In this document: piece by piece, positions 28,344 to 38,756 of the stretch
How positions within the stretch are numbered: position 1 is the first letter of the stretch
Layout: each line of letters begins with the position of its first letter
Origin: a virus
Lineage: Duplodnaviria > Caudoviricetes
Strand: one strand, 5' to 3'
Length of the DNA stretch: 59,539 nt
Virus record (IMG/VR): IMGVR_UViG_3300042431_000893
Span: 1 to 59,539 of that record
The notes under the pieces: generated by a model
What the model was told of the DNA's origin: nothing
The model's input: the letters and a program-made list of their open reading frames with translations, nothing else
Databases searched by the model: none
Program-made: the position numbers and the translations under genes

Positions 28344-29414
28344 ATGAAACAATGCGAAGGTACTGATTGTACTTATAAGTTTGAGCCAAAAACAGCAAAT
28401 CAAAGATATGCCGATAACAGTTGTCGCAAGACGCTAGACAAAGATGGTATATGCAGAGTGAGAAGAGAAAGCCGTGGTCCTCAATGGCCTGTGGTTAAGC
28501 AAGGTCCTGCTATTAGATTGCCAAAACCAAGAACTGTTGCAAAGAAAACTGCAAAATATAAAAAATGCGTAGTTGTCCCAGATGCTCAAATTGGTTATTA
28601 CAGAGGTCGTGATGGAAAGCTAGAGCCGACTCATGATGAAAAAGCAATTGAGATTATGCTTGCAATCGTTCGTGATGTAAAGCCGGATTCGGTAGTTTGC
28701 GTTGGTGATAACTTGGATTTTCCAACTTTAGGAAAATACATAACAACACCTGCGTATCAACAGACTATGCAGGCTTCAATTGATCGGGCAACAACATTCT
28801 GTGCTCAACTAAGAGAGGCTGCCCCATCAGCAAAAATAGTTTGGCTTGCTGGTAATCACGAAGAGCGAATGCCGAAATATTTGTTAGTGAATGCTGTTGC
28901 AGCATATGGAATTCGCAAAGGAAATACCCCCGATTCTTGGCCGGTATTAACTGTTCCATACCTTGCTCGCATGGATGATTTTGGCGTGGAGTACAGACCA
29001 GGTTATCCGGCTTCTGATTTTTGGATTAATGAAAAATTAAGAATTATTCACGGAGATAGAGTTAAATCTTCAGGCTCAACAGCTCATATTTATTTAAATA
29101 GCGAAAAGACTAGTGTGATCTACGGACACATTCATCGTATTGAAACCGCATTTAAAACTCGTGAGGACTTTGATGGCTCTCGCACAACTATGGCAGCGTC
29201 TCCTGGGTGCTTGGCAAGAATTGATGGCGCAGTGCCTTCAGTTAAAGGCGGTGTTGACCTTGATGGTAGACCGCTTGTTAGATACGAGAATTGGCAACAA
29301 GGTGTTGGTATCGTTACATACGAAACAACAGGACAGCATAAATTCTTTTATGAGGTTACGCCAATATATAACGGATGGGCAATCTACAAAGACAAGGAGT
29401 ATTTTGCAAAATGA
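28344..29414 (+). CDS. Calcineurin-like metallophosphoesterase
   Basis: VPDAQ, GDNLD, GNHE, HGD and GHIHR motifs. Confidence 0.85.
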   Translation: MKQCEGTDCTYKFEPKTANQRYADNSCRKTLDKDGICRVRRESRGPQWPVVKQGPAIRLPKPRTVAKKTAKYKKCVVVPDAQIGYYRGRDGKLEPTHDEKAIEIMLAIVRDVKPDSVVCVGDNLDFPTLGKYITTPAYQQTMQASIDRATTFCAQLREAAPSAKIVWLAGNHEERMPKYLLVNAVAAYGIRKGNTPDSWPVLTVPYLARMDDFGVEYRPGYPASDFWINEKLRIIHGDRVKSSGSTAHIYLNSEKTSVIYGHIHRIETAFKTREDFDGSRTTMAASPGCLARIDGAVPSVKGGVDLDGRPLVRYENWQQGVGIVTYETTGQHKFFYEVTPIYNGWAIYKDKEYFAK

Positions 29415-29635
29415 AAGTTAGACTTTTAAAAAATTTTAGATGCTCTAAATGTGGTGGATTGAAAATGGTTGGATCGCAATATTACGCTATGCAAAGAAAT
29501 TGGATAGATGTTACTTGCGTTAACTGTTCTGATTCAAAAGATATTGAAGTAAAGAAATTAAATGTCCTTTTGCGTAAACTTGGGTTTAAACAAATTGAGG
29601 AATTCCATGTTTCAAAACAAAATACTGCCAAATAA
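29411..29635 (+). CDS. Zinc-ribbon protein
   Basis: CSKCGG...CVNC; ATGA overlap start. Confidence 0.6.
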   Translation: MKVRLLKNFRCSKCGGLKMVGSQYYAMQRNWIDVTCVNCSDSKDIEVKKLNVLLRKLGFKQIEEFHVSKQNTAK

Positions 29636-30035
29636 ATTTTACAAATATTCTGACACTTTTGTAAAAATTAAAAAAATAACAAAATACAATAACACTATTG
29701 TATGTGTAAACATTAAAAATAATGAAGAGATTAACATTCCAATAGTTGGGAGTGATATCTTGCTTAAAAGAATTTACACAGTTGGTGAAGTTGCTAAGAT
29801 CGTAGGCAGAGAGCCAAACACGCTTCGTAAATATGAAAAGAAAAATTTAATTGTTCTTTCAAAAAAATTTGACGAAGATTGTGGAAATTATAAAAATTGG
29901 CGCTATTATGACGAAGCAGACATTTACGGTATGGTAGAATTTTTTAATACTCGTAAAAGCGGAAGACCGGCTACTAATAAAACAGTAGTTAATAAAATAA
30001 AAGAAATTAATCAAAAAGTAAAACTACACAAATAG
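29607..30035 (+). CDS. MerR-type HTH DNA-binding protein
   Basis: YTVGEVAKIVGREPNTLRKYEKKNLI...WRYYDEADI; GAGG RBS before ATG 29607. Confidence 0.8.
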   Translation: MFQNKILPNKFYKYSDTFVKIKKITKYNNTIVCVNIKNNEEINIPIVGSDILLKRIYTVGEVAKIVGREPNTLRKYEKKNLIVLSKKFDEDCGNYKNWRYYDEADIYGMVEFFNTRKSGRPATNKTVVNKIKEINQKVKLHK

Positions 30036-30043
30036 GAGAAATT

Positions 30044-30256
30044 ATGGCAGACAAAACAAAACCGGAAACAGAAATTTGGGCATCAATTGGTATTACCAAG
30101 AATTTAGGTAACTACGAATCATTGAGACTTGACGCTGGTGCTCGCACCTCATGCACCTCGCTAGAGAGCGAAGAGGCTTGGAAAAGCTTGTGGGATGTTG
30201 TTGATTCACAAATTGAAGCAAAACTTCAAGAACTAGATGCAGAGAAAACCAAATAA
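30044..30256 (+). CDS. Phage hypothetical protein
   Basis: AGGAG RBS; GITKNLGNYESLRLDAG motif. Confidence 0.65.
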   Translation: MADKTKPETEIWASIGITKNLGNYESLRLDAGARTSCTSLESEEAWKSLWDVVDSQIEAKLQELDAEKTK

Positions 30257-30539
30257 CTGGCGGCTTGAAGCCGTATGTTTAAGTGATAAAAACTCTGGGT
30301 ATTGGCTGTCATATAAGCACTCTGAAGTGTTATACGCTAAAGAGGGTTGTGCGAGATGCACAGTCAAAACCCCGTGTTTTTTATCGGCAATACAAAATGA
30401 TGAATTTGTCGGTGTTAATGCCGGTATTTCAGAATATGATTTTTTAATGTCAACATGGAAAAAGGCAACTAAAAACAATGGAACAACAAGAGATAGATCC
30501 GATAAGTCAATTAAAAAATTGCTGCAAAAAATATCATAA
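30237..30539 (+). CDS. whiB: WhiB-family Fe-S transcription regulator
   Basis: WRLEAVC...AKEGCARCTVKTPC...GVNAG. Confidence 0.8.
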   Translation: MQRKPNNWRLEAVCLSDKNSGYWLSYKHSEVLYAKEGCARCTVKTPCFLSAIQNDEFVGVNAGISEYDFLMSTWKKATKNNGTTRDRSDKSIKKLLQKIS

Positions 30540-30783
30540 ATTATTCATACCAGATTCACCACGGCAAGAAGCGGTTGCTGAATCTTTGTTATCTTTTTAT
30601 GATAAAGAACTTTTGTTTACAGCAATAGAGCTTTTTGTGAAGTCTAACCCAGGACCGTTTTTGGTATTTGATTTTGCTGTTCAGTCAAAAGTGTATACTG
30701 ACAGGGTTAAATTTGAGAGCAAGTCTGTTAATAAATTTAAAGAAATAGTCAATCAAACCAAAAAAAGAATGGAGACCGAGTGA
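30478..30783 (+). CDS. Hypothetical protein upstream of the helicase (start uncertain)
   Basis: GTGA overlap with the helicase start. Confidence 0.55.
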   Translation: MEQQEIDPISQLKNCCKKYHKLFIPDSPRQEAVAESLLSFYDKELLFTAIELFVKSNPGPFLVFDFAVQSKVYTDRVKFESKSVNKFKEIVNQTKKRMETE

Positions 30784-31997
30784 ATTACGAAATAAGATTA
30801 TTGAATTCAATTATTGATAACAATTCTTATACTGAGGCTGTCAATGGCGGTGCAGAAAATGTATTCATGGAATACCGTGATATTTGGAATTTCATATCCA
30901 AACATCATGATGAATTTAAAAAGACTCCATCAAAAGACACAGTTAAGCATCATTATGCGGATTTTGATTTTGTTGCAACTCCGGAGCCAACAAGGTATTA
31001 TTTAGACGAAGCCAAGAGGGAGTCTCTTGCTTATCAGACAAGAGTAATTGTATCTAAGGCCAACAATGTTTTAAACGAACTTGGTCCGAAAGAGTCTCTA
31101 TCTTATTTGATGGATGAAACAAGTAAGTTGTATAAGTTCTCTAGCAGTTTAAAAGATACTGACTTATCTGGTGAATGGAAAGACCGTGCTGATGATTTAA
31201 GAGCAAGGTCGCTAACAGACAATCGTGAAATGATTGGTATTCCATCTGGAATTTCTGTCATTGATAAAACTTTCGGTGGTTGGCAAAAAGGAGATTTCGT
31301 TGTTCTTCTTGGCTGGACAGGCGTTGGTAAATCTTTTATTGCAAGATTGTTTGCTGCGAATGCTTGGAGGGCTGGGTATAGACCACTAATTATTTCTCTG
31401 GAGATGAACAAGCAACAAGAATCACAGCGACTAGATACTTTATTGAATAATGGCGAAGGTAATTTTACAAATACTGATTTGGTAAAAGCCAACCCTGCAA
31501 TTGTTGATCAATACGAAAAATGGGCTGAAAAAACTTTTGCTGGTAAACAGCCTATTTACTTGGTTACATCAGAGGGTCTTGAGACAGCAGACCAGCAAAT
31601 GGTTCAAGCCAAGATAGACCAGTACCATCCAGATATGGTTATTTTGGATTATCACGGTTTGTTTGATGACTCAAGTGGGGCTAAAACAGAAACTGAAAAA
31701 GCTAAAAATCTTTCTAAAGCTTTTAAAAGAATGGCTGTTAAAAATGCTGTGCCAATTATTGATGTTGCTGCGGTAACAATGGCAGAAGGGCACTCAGAGC
31801 GCCCACCAGAACTTGAAGAGGTTGCCTGGAGTAAGCAATTAGCTTATGATGCTGACTTGGTTTTGGCAATCCATAGAGATGCCGGTTCCGATATGTTCCA
31901 AATTGTTTCTAGAAAAGTAAGAAGAGCTTCTCATTTTGGATTCTATCTAAGATGGAATTTAGATACTGGTAAATGGGTAGAAGAGTGGGATTTGTAA
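30780..31997 (+). CDS. dnaB: DnaB-like replicative helicase
   Basis: GWTGVGKS Walker A, ISLEM, VILDY, LAYDADLVL. Confidence 0.9.
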   Translation: MNYEIRLLNSIIDNNSYTEAVNGGAENVFMEYRDIWNFISKHHDEFKKTPSKDTVKHHYADFDFVATPEPTRYYLDEAKRESLAYQTRVIVSKANNVLNELGPKESLSYLMDETSKLYKFSSSLKDTDLSGEWKDRADDLRARSLTDNREMIGIPSGISVIDKTFGGWQKGDFVVLLGWTGVGKSFIARLFAANAWRAGYRPLIISLEMNKQQESQRLDTLLNNGEGNFTNTDLVKANPAIVDQYEKWAEKTFAGKQPIYLVTSEGLETADQQMVQAKIDQYHPDMVILDYHGLFDDSSGAKTETEKAKNLSKAFKRMAVKNAVPIIDVAAVTMAEGHSERPPELEEVAWSKQLAYDADLVLAIHRDAGSDMFQIVSRKVRRASHFGFYLRWNLDTGKWVEEWDL

Positions 31998-31998
31998 T

Positions 31999-32178
31999 AT
32001 GGAAACTGCGCTCAAAGGCACAGCCAAAGATATTGAGACTATTATCAAATTACGACCATGGCTTGAGGATGAGGCTAGGCAGAAATATAAATATACTGGA
32101 AATACTAAATTAGTAACATCTTATGATGATAAGTTGCAAATTTTTTCTTTTGAGATAATTTTTGATGATAAATCTTGA
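31999..32178 (+). CDS. Hypothetical 59-aa protein
   Basis: Below the ORF-track cutoff; METALKGTAKDIETIIKLRPW...; fills the helicase-primase gap. Confidence 0.6.
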   Translation: METALKGTAKDIETIIKLRPWLEDEARQKYKYTGNTKLVTSYDDKLQIFSFEIIFDDKS

Positions 32179-33067
32179 AAAACAAATTGAAGACCTCTTT
32201 GATAAATACAATATCCAGGTTCAAGCGTCTACCGGCCAAGAATTTACGATCTATTGTTTATTCCATAAAAATCTTCATACACCATCATTTTATATAAACT
32301 ATAAGACTGGGTTATGGCAATGCTTCAACCCGTCTTGCGGCAAGAAAGGTAACTTCAGGCAGCTCTATCGCCAAATTACTGGTAAGGCGCTTGCAACAAA
32401 CTCTAGGATTGATGCGGTATCATTAAAGAATCAATTAGAAAGAAGTCTCTCATACAGAGATAAAGATGATGATATTGTTCTTGATACAATTCAAATTGAC
32501 TATGATGACGATGAACAAAAATCTTATCTTATGCCATTGCACGAAAGAGGTTTGTCATACGATACATTGATGAGATTTGAAATTGGGTTTTCAAAAACTA
32601 AAAGCAGAATAGTTATTCCGGTTAGAAATCAACAATATAAAGTTGTTGGGTTAATTGGCAGAGCAATAGAGTCATCGCAAGAGCCTAGGTATCTTTACAA
32701 CAAAGGGTTTAAGAGAGCAGATGTCTTGTTTAACATACAAAATGCTAAAAACTATTCAGAAGTTATTGTTGTTGAAGGAAGCGTGGATGCTATGAAGGTT
32801 CACGAAGCAGGCTTCCCGAATGTGGTCGCTACACTTGGCGCTCAGGTTTCAAAAAATCAGATTACATTGATGAAAAAATATTTTGATAAAATAATTATTT
32901 TTTCTGACAACGATGATGCTGGAAATGCAATGAGGGATGCTATAATAGATTTATGCCGCGGTAAAGAAATTTACACGGCTAAAATTTCTGATGGGTTGAA
33001 AGATCCAGCAGAAATGCAAGTGCAAGAGATAGTTGATAGTATAAACAGCAAAACACATAACATATAG
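32165..33067 (+). CDS. dnaG: DNA primase (Zn finger plus TOPRIM)
   Basis: CLFH...C...C, VVEGSVDA, DND, KDP. Confidence 0.9.
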   Translation: MINLEKQIEDLFDKYNIQVQASTGQEFTIYCLFHKNLHTPSFYINYKTGLWQCFNPSCGKKGNFRQLYRQITGKALATNSRIDAVSLKNQLERSLSYRDKDDDIVLDTIQIDYDDDEQKSYLMPLHERGLSYDTLMRFEIGFSKTKSRIVIPVRNQQYKVVGLIGRAIESSQEPRYLYNKGFKRADVLFNIQNAKNYSEVIVVEGSVDAMKVHEAGFPNVVATLGAQVSKNQITLMKKYFDKIIIFSDNDDAGNAMRDAIIDLCRGKEIYTAKISDGLKDPAEMQVQEIVDSINSKTHNI

Positions 33068-33075
33068 GAGAACAA

Positions 33076-33708
33076 ATGAAAACATTAAAAGACCTTGAAA
33101 AGGCAGTAGTAAAACCCGAAGGCGGAGCCAAGGGTGTAAAGAAATTTTTTACACTTCAAAATGGCGATTCCTTCAAGATTAGATTCAGACAAGAATTGAC
33201 AGAAGATGCTAAGTATTTTGATGAAAAAATTGGGACAGGTATTAATGTTCCGGTTGTAACATCACCAGTTAACTGGAAGTGGAGAGTTGCTTCCACATCA
33301 AATATTGAGAAATTCAATTACCGTTGCTGGGCTACAGAGCAATCAGTAGCAGATAAAGGATGGAGGCCAAAGCCTCACATGCTAATTAACATTGCAGTTG
33401 AGACAGAGCCAGGTGTTTGGGAGCCAAGAATCCTTGATACCACTTTTAATCAACGCCATGTCGGTCTTGTATTGATTGAATACGCAAGAGAATTTGGAAC
33501 AATTACGGACCGTTATTACAAGTACTCCAGGACTGGCTCTGGTGCTTCAGATACAAATTATAGTCTTATTCCATTAGACACATCTGAAACTCCAAAATCA
33601 ATTAATGATTTGCCAATGCACGATTTAACATCTGTGTATATGACATTGCCATATGAAAAACAACAAATCTATCTAACTACTGGTGAGTTGGGTAAGGATA
33701 ATTGGTAA
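33076..33708 (+). CDS. Putative single-stranded DNA-binding protein
   Basis: FFTLQNGDSFKIRF...SRTGSGASDTNY pattern; within the replication module; strong RBS. Confidence 0.65.
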   Translation: MKTLKDLEKAVVKPEGGAKGVKKFFTLQNGDSFKIRFRQELTEDAKYFDEKIGTGINVPVVTSPVNWKWRVASTSNIEKFNYRCWATEQSVADKGWRPKPHMLINIAVETEPGVWEPRILDTTFNQRHVGLVLIEYAREFGTITDRYYKYSRTGSGASDTNYSLIPLDTSETPKSINDLPMHDLTSVYMTLPYEKQQIYLTTGELGKDNW

Positions 33709-33721
33709 AAAATTTTGTAAG

Positions 33722-33745
33722 GCTGGGGGTAGAAATACCCTCAGC
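33722..33745 (+). terminator. GNRA-loop hairpin after the SSB gene
   Basis: GCTGGGGGTA-GAAA-TACCCTCAGC; no U-tract, so it may instead be an mRNA stabiliser. Confidence 0.5.
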
Positions 33746-33762
33746 ATTACAGAAAGGCATTT

Positions 33763-34281
33763 GTGAATAATAAAATAATTCTTGATCTTGATGGCGTAAT
33801 AACAGACATAGACTCTTTAATTGATGAAACACTAGAATCTTATGGTGTTTCTGAAGACTACAGCTCTTGGTTAACAACAGATACAAAAGACCCAGAAGCT
33901 CTAAAATTATTTTCTAATCCTGTATTTTGGAAAAATCTAAAACCATTTGAAGATGCTTGGTATCAAGTTAATTACTGGTTTGGTAGAGGGTTTGATGTGC
34001 ATATTCTTACGGCAAGAAGAAGCGAGGCTTCTGTGAACGCAACTGCCGCCTGGCTTGATGATTGGAAGATTAACACTATGACTCCACAATTTAGTGCATT
34101 CAATGAAAAATACAAAATTGCTCAAGAGATTAATCCGGTCTATATGGTTGAGGATAATCCATCTGAAGTTAAAATATTATTAGAACACGGTGTAAATTGT
34201 TTTCTTAGGAAAGCATGGTATAACAAATCGTATTGGGAAGAGTTGCCAACCATTGACAACTTGTATGATATTGATTTATAA
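33763..34281 (+). CDS. HAD-family 5'(3')-deoxyribonucleotidase-like protein
   Basis: LDLDGVI, ILTAR, VEDNP. Confidence 0.8.
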   Translation: MNNKIILDLDGVITDIDSLIDETLESYGVSEDYSSWLTTDTKDPEALKLFSNPVFWKNLKPFEDAWYQVNYWFGRGFDVHILTARRSEASVNATAAWLDDWKINTMTPQFSAFNEKYKIAQEINPVYMVEDNPSEVKILLEHGVNCFLRKAWYNKSYWEELPTIDNLYDIDL

Positions 34282-37200
34282 ATGACAGATTTCGTTCACC
34301 TTCATTGCCATTCTGAATACTCGTTACTTGATGGTATGTCAACGCCATCAGAGATTGCTCAGATTACAAGCACCAATGGTCAAACTGCATGCGCTATAAC
34401 TGATCACGGCTCAATGGCTGGGGTTTTAAAGTTTCAAGATGCTTGTAAGAAGCACAATGTTAAACCACTGTTTGGTGTTGAGTCTTATTTTGTTCCATCA
34501 ATTCAAGATGATTCGGACAGCAAGGCTGAAAGATTTCACTTAATTCTTCTTGCCAAAAATAATACGGGGCTTGAGAAACTATTTAAACTTTCTAAAATTT
34601 CTTGGCAAAACAATTTTTATTACAAGCCAAGAATTGAATTTTCACTACTTGAAGATATTGTTGATAATGACATTATTGCTCTTTCCGGATGCAGAGGTAG
34701 TGCGATATCAAAAGCGTTAGAGGCTGGCGATTACGCCAGAGCCGAAGAATTGTCGGAAAGATTTGTAAAGATATTCAAGGATGATTTCTATTTTGAGATG
34801 CAGGCTTGGAACCCTCAAGTTATTAATGACGGTGTTCTCTCACTAGCGAACGCTATGGGAAGAAAGGTTGTTGCAACAGCAGATTGCCATTTCCCTCAGA
34901 GAGAAGATAAAGGCTGCGAAGAAATTCTTTTGATGATTTCACAACACACTGGCTTATCGCCATCTGATATTAGATATGCGGTGGAAAAGTCAAAGACACT
35001 AGACGATTTCGGCAAAGACATTGTTGGCAAAATTAATCATATGTACCCCGAAAGGTATCTGCGATTTGATGATATCAACCCGTATGTTGCTAAGGCTGAT
35101 GAGATTCATCAATGGTTTAAAGAAGTTGGTTATGATCGTACTGATATTTTAGAAAACACTTTAGAAGTTGCTGGCAAATGCGATGCCGAGATTACTAAGA
35201 AAAGAAACTTGTTGCCTAAGTATTCAAAGATGTTTGATTCCAATAAGTATCTTAAAGAAATTGCGGAGCTAAAGATGAAATCTTTAAAGCTCGGTCCAGA
35301 GTATCAACAAAGACTTGATGAGGAATTAAGTGTAATTGAAAAACTTGGCTTTTCTGATTACTTCTTGATTGTATGGGATTTGATTAAATGGGCAGATAAC
35401 AACAGCATCGGTAGAGGCACAGGTCGTGGTTCTGTCGGTGGAAGTATTTTGGCTTACTTACTAGATATCACATCTGTTGATGCCATCAAATACAATCTGC
35501 TATTTGCACGATTTATCAACCAAGAGCGCAATGACTACCCTGACATTGACCTTGACTTTGAAGATAAAAGAAGAAAAGAAGTCCAATCTTATTTGCGACA
35601 AAGATGGGGCGAAGATCATGTGGCAGCAATTACTACATTCGGTGAATTCAAACCTAAGTCTGCTATTAAAGATGTTGCTAGGGTCTACCAAGTCCCATTT
35701 GAAGAAGTAAATGGTATTACTCCATTCTTTGAAACAATTGAGGAGTTAGAAGGCTCAACTAAAGGCCGGGTCTTTTGTTCTAAATACCCAGATGTGGCGA
35801 AAGTGGCAAAACGACTAGAAGGGCGTATACGAAATTCAGGGGTGCATGCTGCTGGTATGGTTGTTTCTTCGTTGCCTTTGACTGATGTGTGTCCGATTGA
35901 GACTCGTAAAGATACTGACGGGGAAGGTAGGGCGCTCGTTACTGCTTTTGATATGGAGGATGCTGAGGCTGTCGGGCTTATTAAAATTGACATTTTGGGT
36001 CTAAAGACCGTATCTGTGATTAAAGATTGCTTAAACAAGATTAGGGAGCGTACAGGGCTGGATGTGAAGGGGCAGTCGCTGGCTTTGGATGATGTAGCGG
36101 TGTTTGAGAACTTTAATAAAGGTAACACGGTTGGGGTGTTTCAGACTGATGCTGCTGCCTACCGGAATTTGATTGAGCGGATGGGTATTGATAATTTCAA
36201 TGATTTGGTGGTTTCTAATGCGCTTGTGCGACCTGGTGCGTTGTTGTCGCAGGGGCAAAAATATATTGATTGTAAGAAGGGTTATGTATCGCCACATTAT
36301 CCTGATGAGTCAGTGCGAGAAATTCTGAGCGAGACTTTCGGTACTGTTATTTTTCAAGAGCAGTTGATGTTGATGTCGGTTAAGTTGTCGGGTTTTACTT
36401 GGGCTGAGGCTGATAAGTTGCGCAAAATTATTGGTAAGAAACGCGATGCTAACGAGTTTGATTTGTACAAGGATAAGTTTGTTAATAATTCTATTATTTC
36501 TAAAAACGAAGCCAAGAAGATGTGGGCTGAGTTTGAAATGTCGGCTTTGTATATGTTCAACAAGTCTCATGCTGTTGCTTATTCAATGTTGTCGTATCAA
36601 ACTATGTGGTTGAAAGTTAATTACCCACTTGAATTTATTTGGTCACTGTTGTTTAACGAAAATTCAACCGAAAAGATTACTGCTTATTTGATGGAAGCTC
36701 AAAGACTTGGTGTGCCAATTCTGCCTCCGGATGTAAACATCTCGGAAGAATACTTTATAACAGATAATTCCACTGGGGTTGATTGCATTCGTTTTGGTTT
36801 GGCTAATGTGTTGTCTTGCGGTAAGTCGGCTATCAAAGAGATTATGACCAAACGACCTTTTACTTGTTTTGATGAGTTCAATAACAAATGCACAAAATCT
36901 GCTGTTAAAGCTCCGTTGCGTGAGAATCTGGACAAAGTTGGGGCGTTTGAATCCATGGGTCATGTTTCTCAGTATGACCATAAACGGTACTATCTGCCGA
37001 TTCTTGGTTTTTCTATTAAAGACGAAGATAAAAACGAGATGGATGAGTTTGTTGGTCAGTTGGCTGATTTCCACGAAATTAATTCTCCGTTGACTTTGGT
37101 TAAAGCTGTTGTTCGTTCAACCAAAAAAACTCCACAATACCTGCGTATTGAATTTGAAGATCATTCCGGTTCAGCTACCGTGTTTGCCGATAGGAATACA

Positions 37201-37677
37201 GAAATCGCTACCAGAGACCATCTTTATGCCTTGATTGGCGATAGAACAATGCATTCGTTTTGTGATGTTTATAATTTTGTTGGGACTGGGTTGCATGATG
37301 TTATTAATTTATGGAGAAAAGGCAAAGACCATGAGTACTCCTGGCTGTACGAAACAGGGCTGGGGTCTGCTTCAGATGAAAAGACACTGATGTATATCAT
37401 GCATTCCAGAGTTTTCATTACATCTAAAGGCAAAACTATGGCAAATGTTTACTGCTGGGATGGGCAAAATGTATTTAAGGTTGTAATCTTTCCACGACCT
37501 TATGTGAAGCTAAAAAATGTTTTGAAACAGGGTAAATGGTTTGCTGCTAAATTATCTAAGATTGAAGAGAAGCAAACGATTACAAGAATTGACTCTTACA
37601 AGGTGGAGTCTGATTCTTCAATTATCGCAATAGAAAATTACATAGAGCGCAAAAACTTAGTCAAAAATATTGTATAA
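34282..37677 (+). CDS. dnaE: DNA polymerase III alpha subunit (family C)
   Basis: FVHLHCHSEYSLLDG (PHP), GRGS, PDIDLDF, HAAG, KIDILGL, FNKSHA. Confidence 0.97.
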   Translation: MTDFVHLHCHSEYSLLDGMSTPSEIAQITSTNGQTACAITDHGSMAGVLKFQDACKKHNVKPLFGVESYFVPSIQDDSDSKAERFHLILLAKNNTGLEKLFKLSKISWQNNFYYKPRIEFSLLEDIVDNDIIALSGCRGSAISKALEAGDYARAEELSERFVKIFKDDFYFEMQAWNPQVINDGVLSLANAMGRKVVATADCHFPQREDKGCEEILLMISQHTGLSPSDIRYAVEKSKTLDDFGKDIVGKINHMYPERYLRFDDINPYVAKADEIHQWFKEVGYDRTDILENTLEVAGKCDAEITKKRNLLPKYSKMFDSNKYLKEIAELKMKSLKLGPEYQQRLDEELSVIEKLGFSDYFLIVWDLIKWADNNSIGRGTGRGSVGGSILAYLLDITSVDAIKYNLLFARFINQERNDYPDIDLDFEDKRRKEVQSYLRQRWGEDHVAAITTFGEFKPKSAIKDVARVYQVPFEEVNGITPFFETIEELEGSTKGRVFCSKYPDVAKVAKRLEGRIRNSGVHAAGMVVSSLPLTDVCPIETRKDTDGEGRALVTAFDMEDAEAVGLIKIDILGLKTVSVIKDCLNKIRERTGLDVKGQSLALDDVAVFENFNKGNTVGVFQTDAAAYRNLIERMGIDNFNDLVVSNALVRPGALLSQGQKYIDCKKGYVSPHYPDESVREILSETFGTVIFQEQLMLMSVKLSGFTWAEADKLRKIIGKKRDANEFDLYKDKFVNNSIISKNEAKKMWAEFEMSALYMFNKSHAVAYSMLSYQTMWLKVNYPLEFIWSLLFNENSTEKITAYLMEAQRLGVPILPPDVNISEEYFITDNSTGVDCIRFGLANVLSCGKSAIKEIMTKRPFTCFDEFNNKCTKSAVKAPLRENLDKVGAFESMGHVSQYDHKRYYLPILGFSIKDEDKNEMDEFVGQLADFHEINSPLTLVKAVVRSTKKTPQYLRIEFEDHSGSATVFADRNTEIATRDHLYALIGDRTMHSFCDVYNFVGTGLHDVINLWRKGKDHEYSWLYETGLGSASDEKTLMYIMHSRVFITSKGKTMANVYCWDGQNVFKVVIFPRPYVKLKNVLKQGKWFAAKLSKIEEKQTITRIDSYKVESDSSIIAIENYIERKNLVKNIV

Positions 37678-37694
37678 TATTTAACAGAAAACTT

Positions 37695-38756
37695 ATGCTT
37701 GTATGGTCTGATAATCAAATCCCAAAATTTAGTGAAGGTTACGGCTATACACCAGATTGCCTATGGGAATATATCGGCTCAAGCGGTTTACCAATTAGAC
37801 GAAATAAACCATCTATGCCAGAAGAAATTGGCAGATTGCAAGCAAATGTTCCAGGAATTGGCTATTTTCAAAGAGGGCATTTTGCGGATGAAATTGTTAT
37901 CAACCATTCAGTGCCGGATATGTTTGTTAAATCCAAGTTATACACAATTGGTTATACTTTTTGGGAAACAAATAAGCTACCAAATGACTGGGTTGAGAGA
38001 TGTAATGAGATGGATGAGGTTTGGACAACTACTCATGCCATGAGGGATGTCTTTATAAATTCCGGTATTACTAAACCAGTTTATGAATTTAAATTGGGGG
38101 TTGACCCTAAAATATATTTTCCAAAAAAGAGAACTCCGCACGATCAATTCACCTTTCTTTCTGTTGGCTCACCAGCAACTCGTAAGAACTCGCAGTTATC
38201 CGTAGATGCGTTTTTAAAAGTGTTTGAAGGTAATCATAATTATAGACTTATTTATAAATCCAATGGTCCTCCAGATGCCAGGATTTGGACAAGCGGCATG
38301 ATTGGTCCAGTTCAACATCCGCAAATTCAAGTGATTGATGATGAAGTATCTCACGAAGAATTGGGTGCAATTTATGATAAAGCAGATTGTTTGTTATTTC
38401 CTACTAGTGGTGAGGGTTGGGGAAATATTCCGTTCCAAGGGATTGCAAAAGGAATCCCTACAATTTGCACAAATGTTTTAGCATGTTCTGATTTTGCTCA
38501 TATGTCTGTACCTCTTGATTTCACATGGGGGACTAAAAATATGACCGGAAGATACGCTAATGCTGGACAGTGGGGTGAGCCAGACTTTGATGATCTATGT
38601 GATAAGATGCTGTATGTAGCAAATAATTACGAAGAAGTTTCTAATAAAACATATCAGAGTGCTGAATTTATTAATCAGAACATGACTTGGGAGAAAGTTT
38701 CTCAAAAATATATTGCTAGATGCTGGGAAGTTCTAAAGGAAACGGGAAGTCTATGA
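37695..38756 (+). CDS. GT4-like glycosyltransferase
   Basis: YTFWET, RKN, FPTSGEGWGNIPFQGIAKGIPTIC. Confidence 0.85.
   Translation: MLVWSDNQIPKFSEGYGYTPDCLWEYIGSSGLPIRRNKPSMPEEIGRLQANVPGIGYFQRGHFADEIVINHSVPDMFVKSKLYTIGYTFWETNKLPNDWVERCNEMDEVWTTTHAMRDVFINSGITKPVYEFKLGVDPKIYFPKKRTPHDQFTFLSVGSPATRKNSQLSVDAFLKVFEGNHNYRLIYKSNGPPDARIWTSGMIGPVQHPQIQVIDDEVSHEELGAIYDKADCLLFPTSGEGWGNIPFQGIAKGIPTICTNVLACSDFAHMSVPLDFTWGTKNMTGRYANAGQWGEPDFDDLCDKMLYVANNYEEVSNKTYQSAEFINQNMTWEKVSQKYIARCWEVLKETGSL

Noticed and set aside
35477-37093. Nested ORFs within dnaE
   Set aside because: No recognisable motifs, unlike the nested ORF in dcm; explained by local composition.
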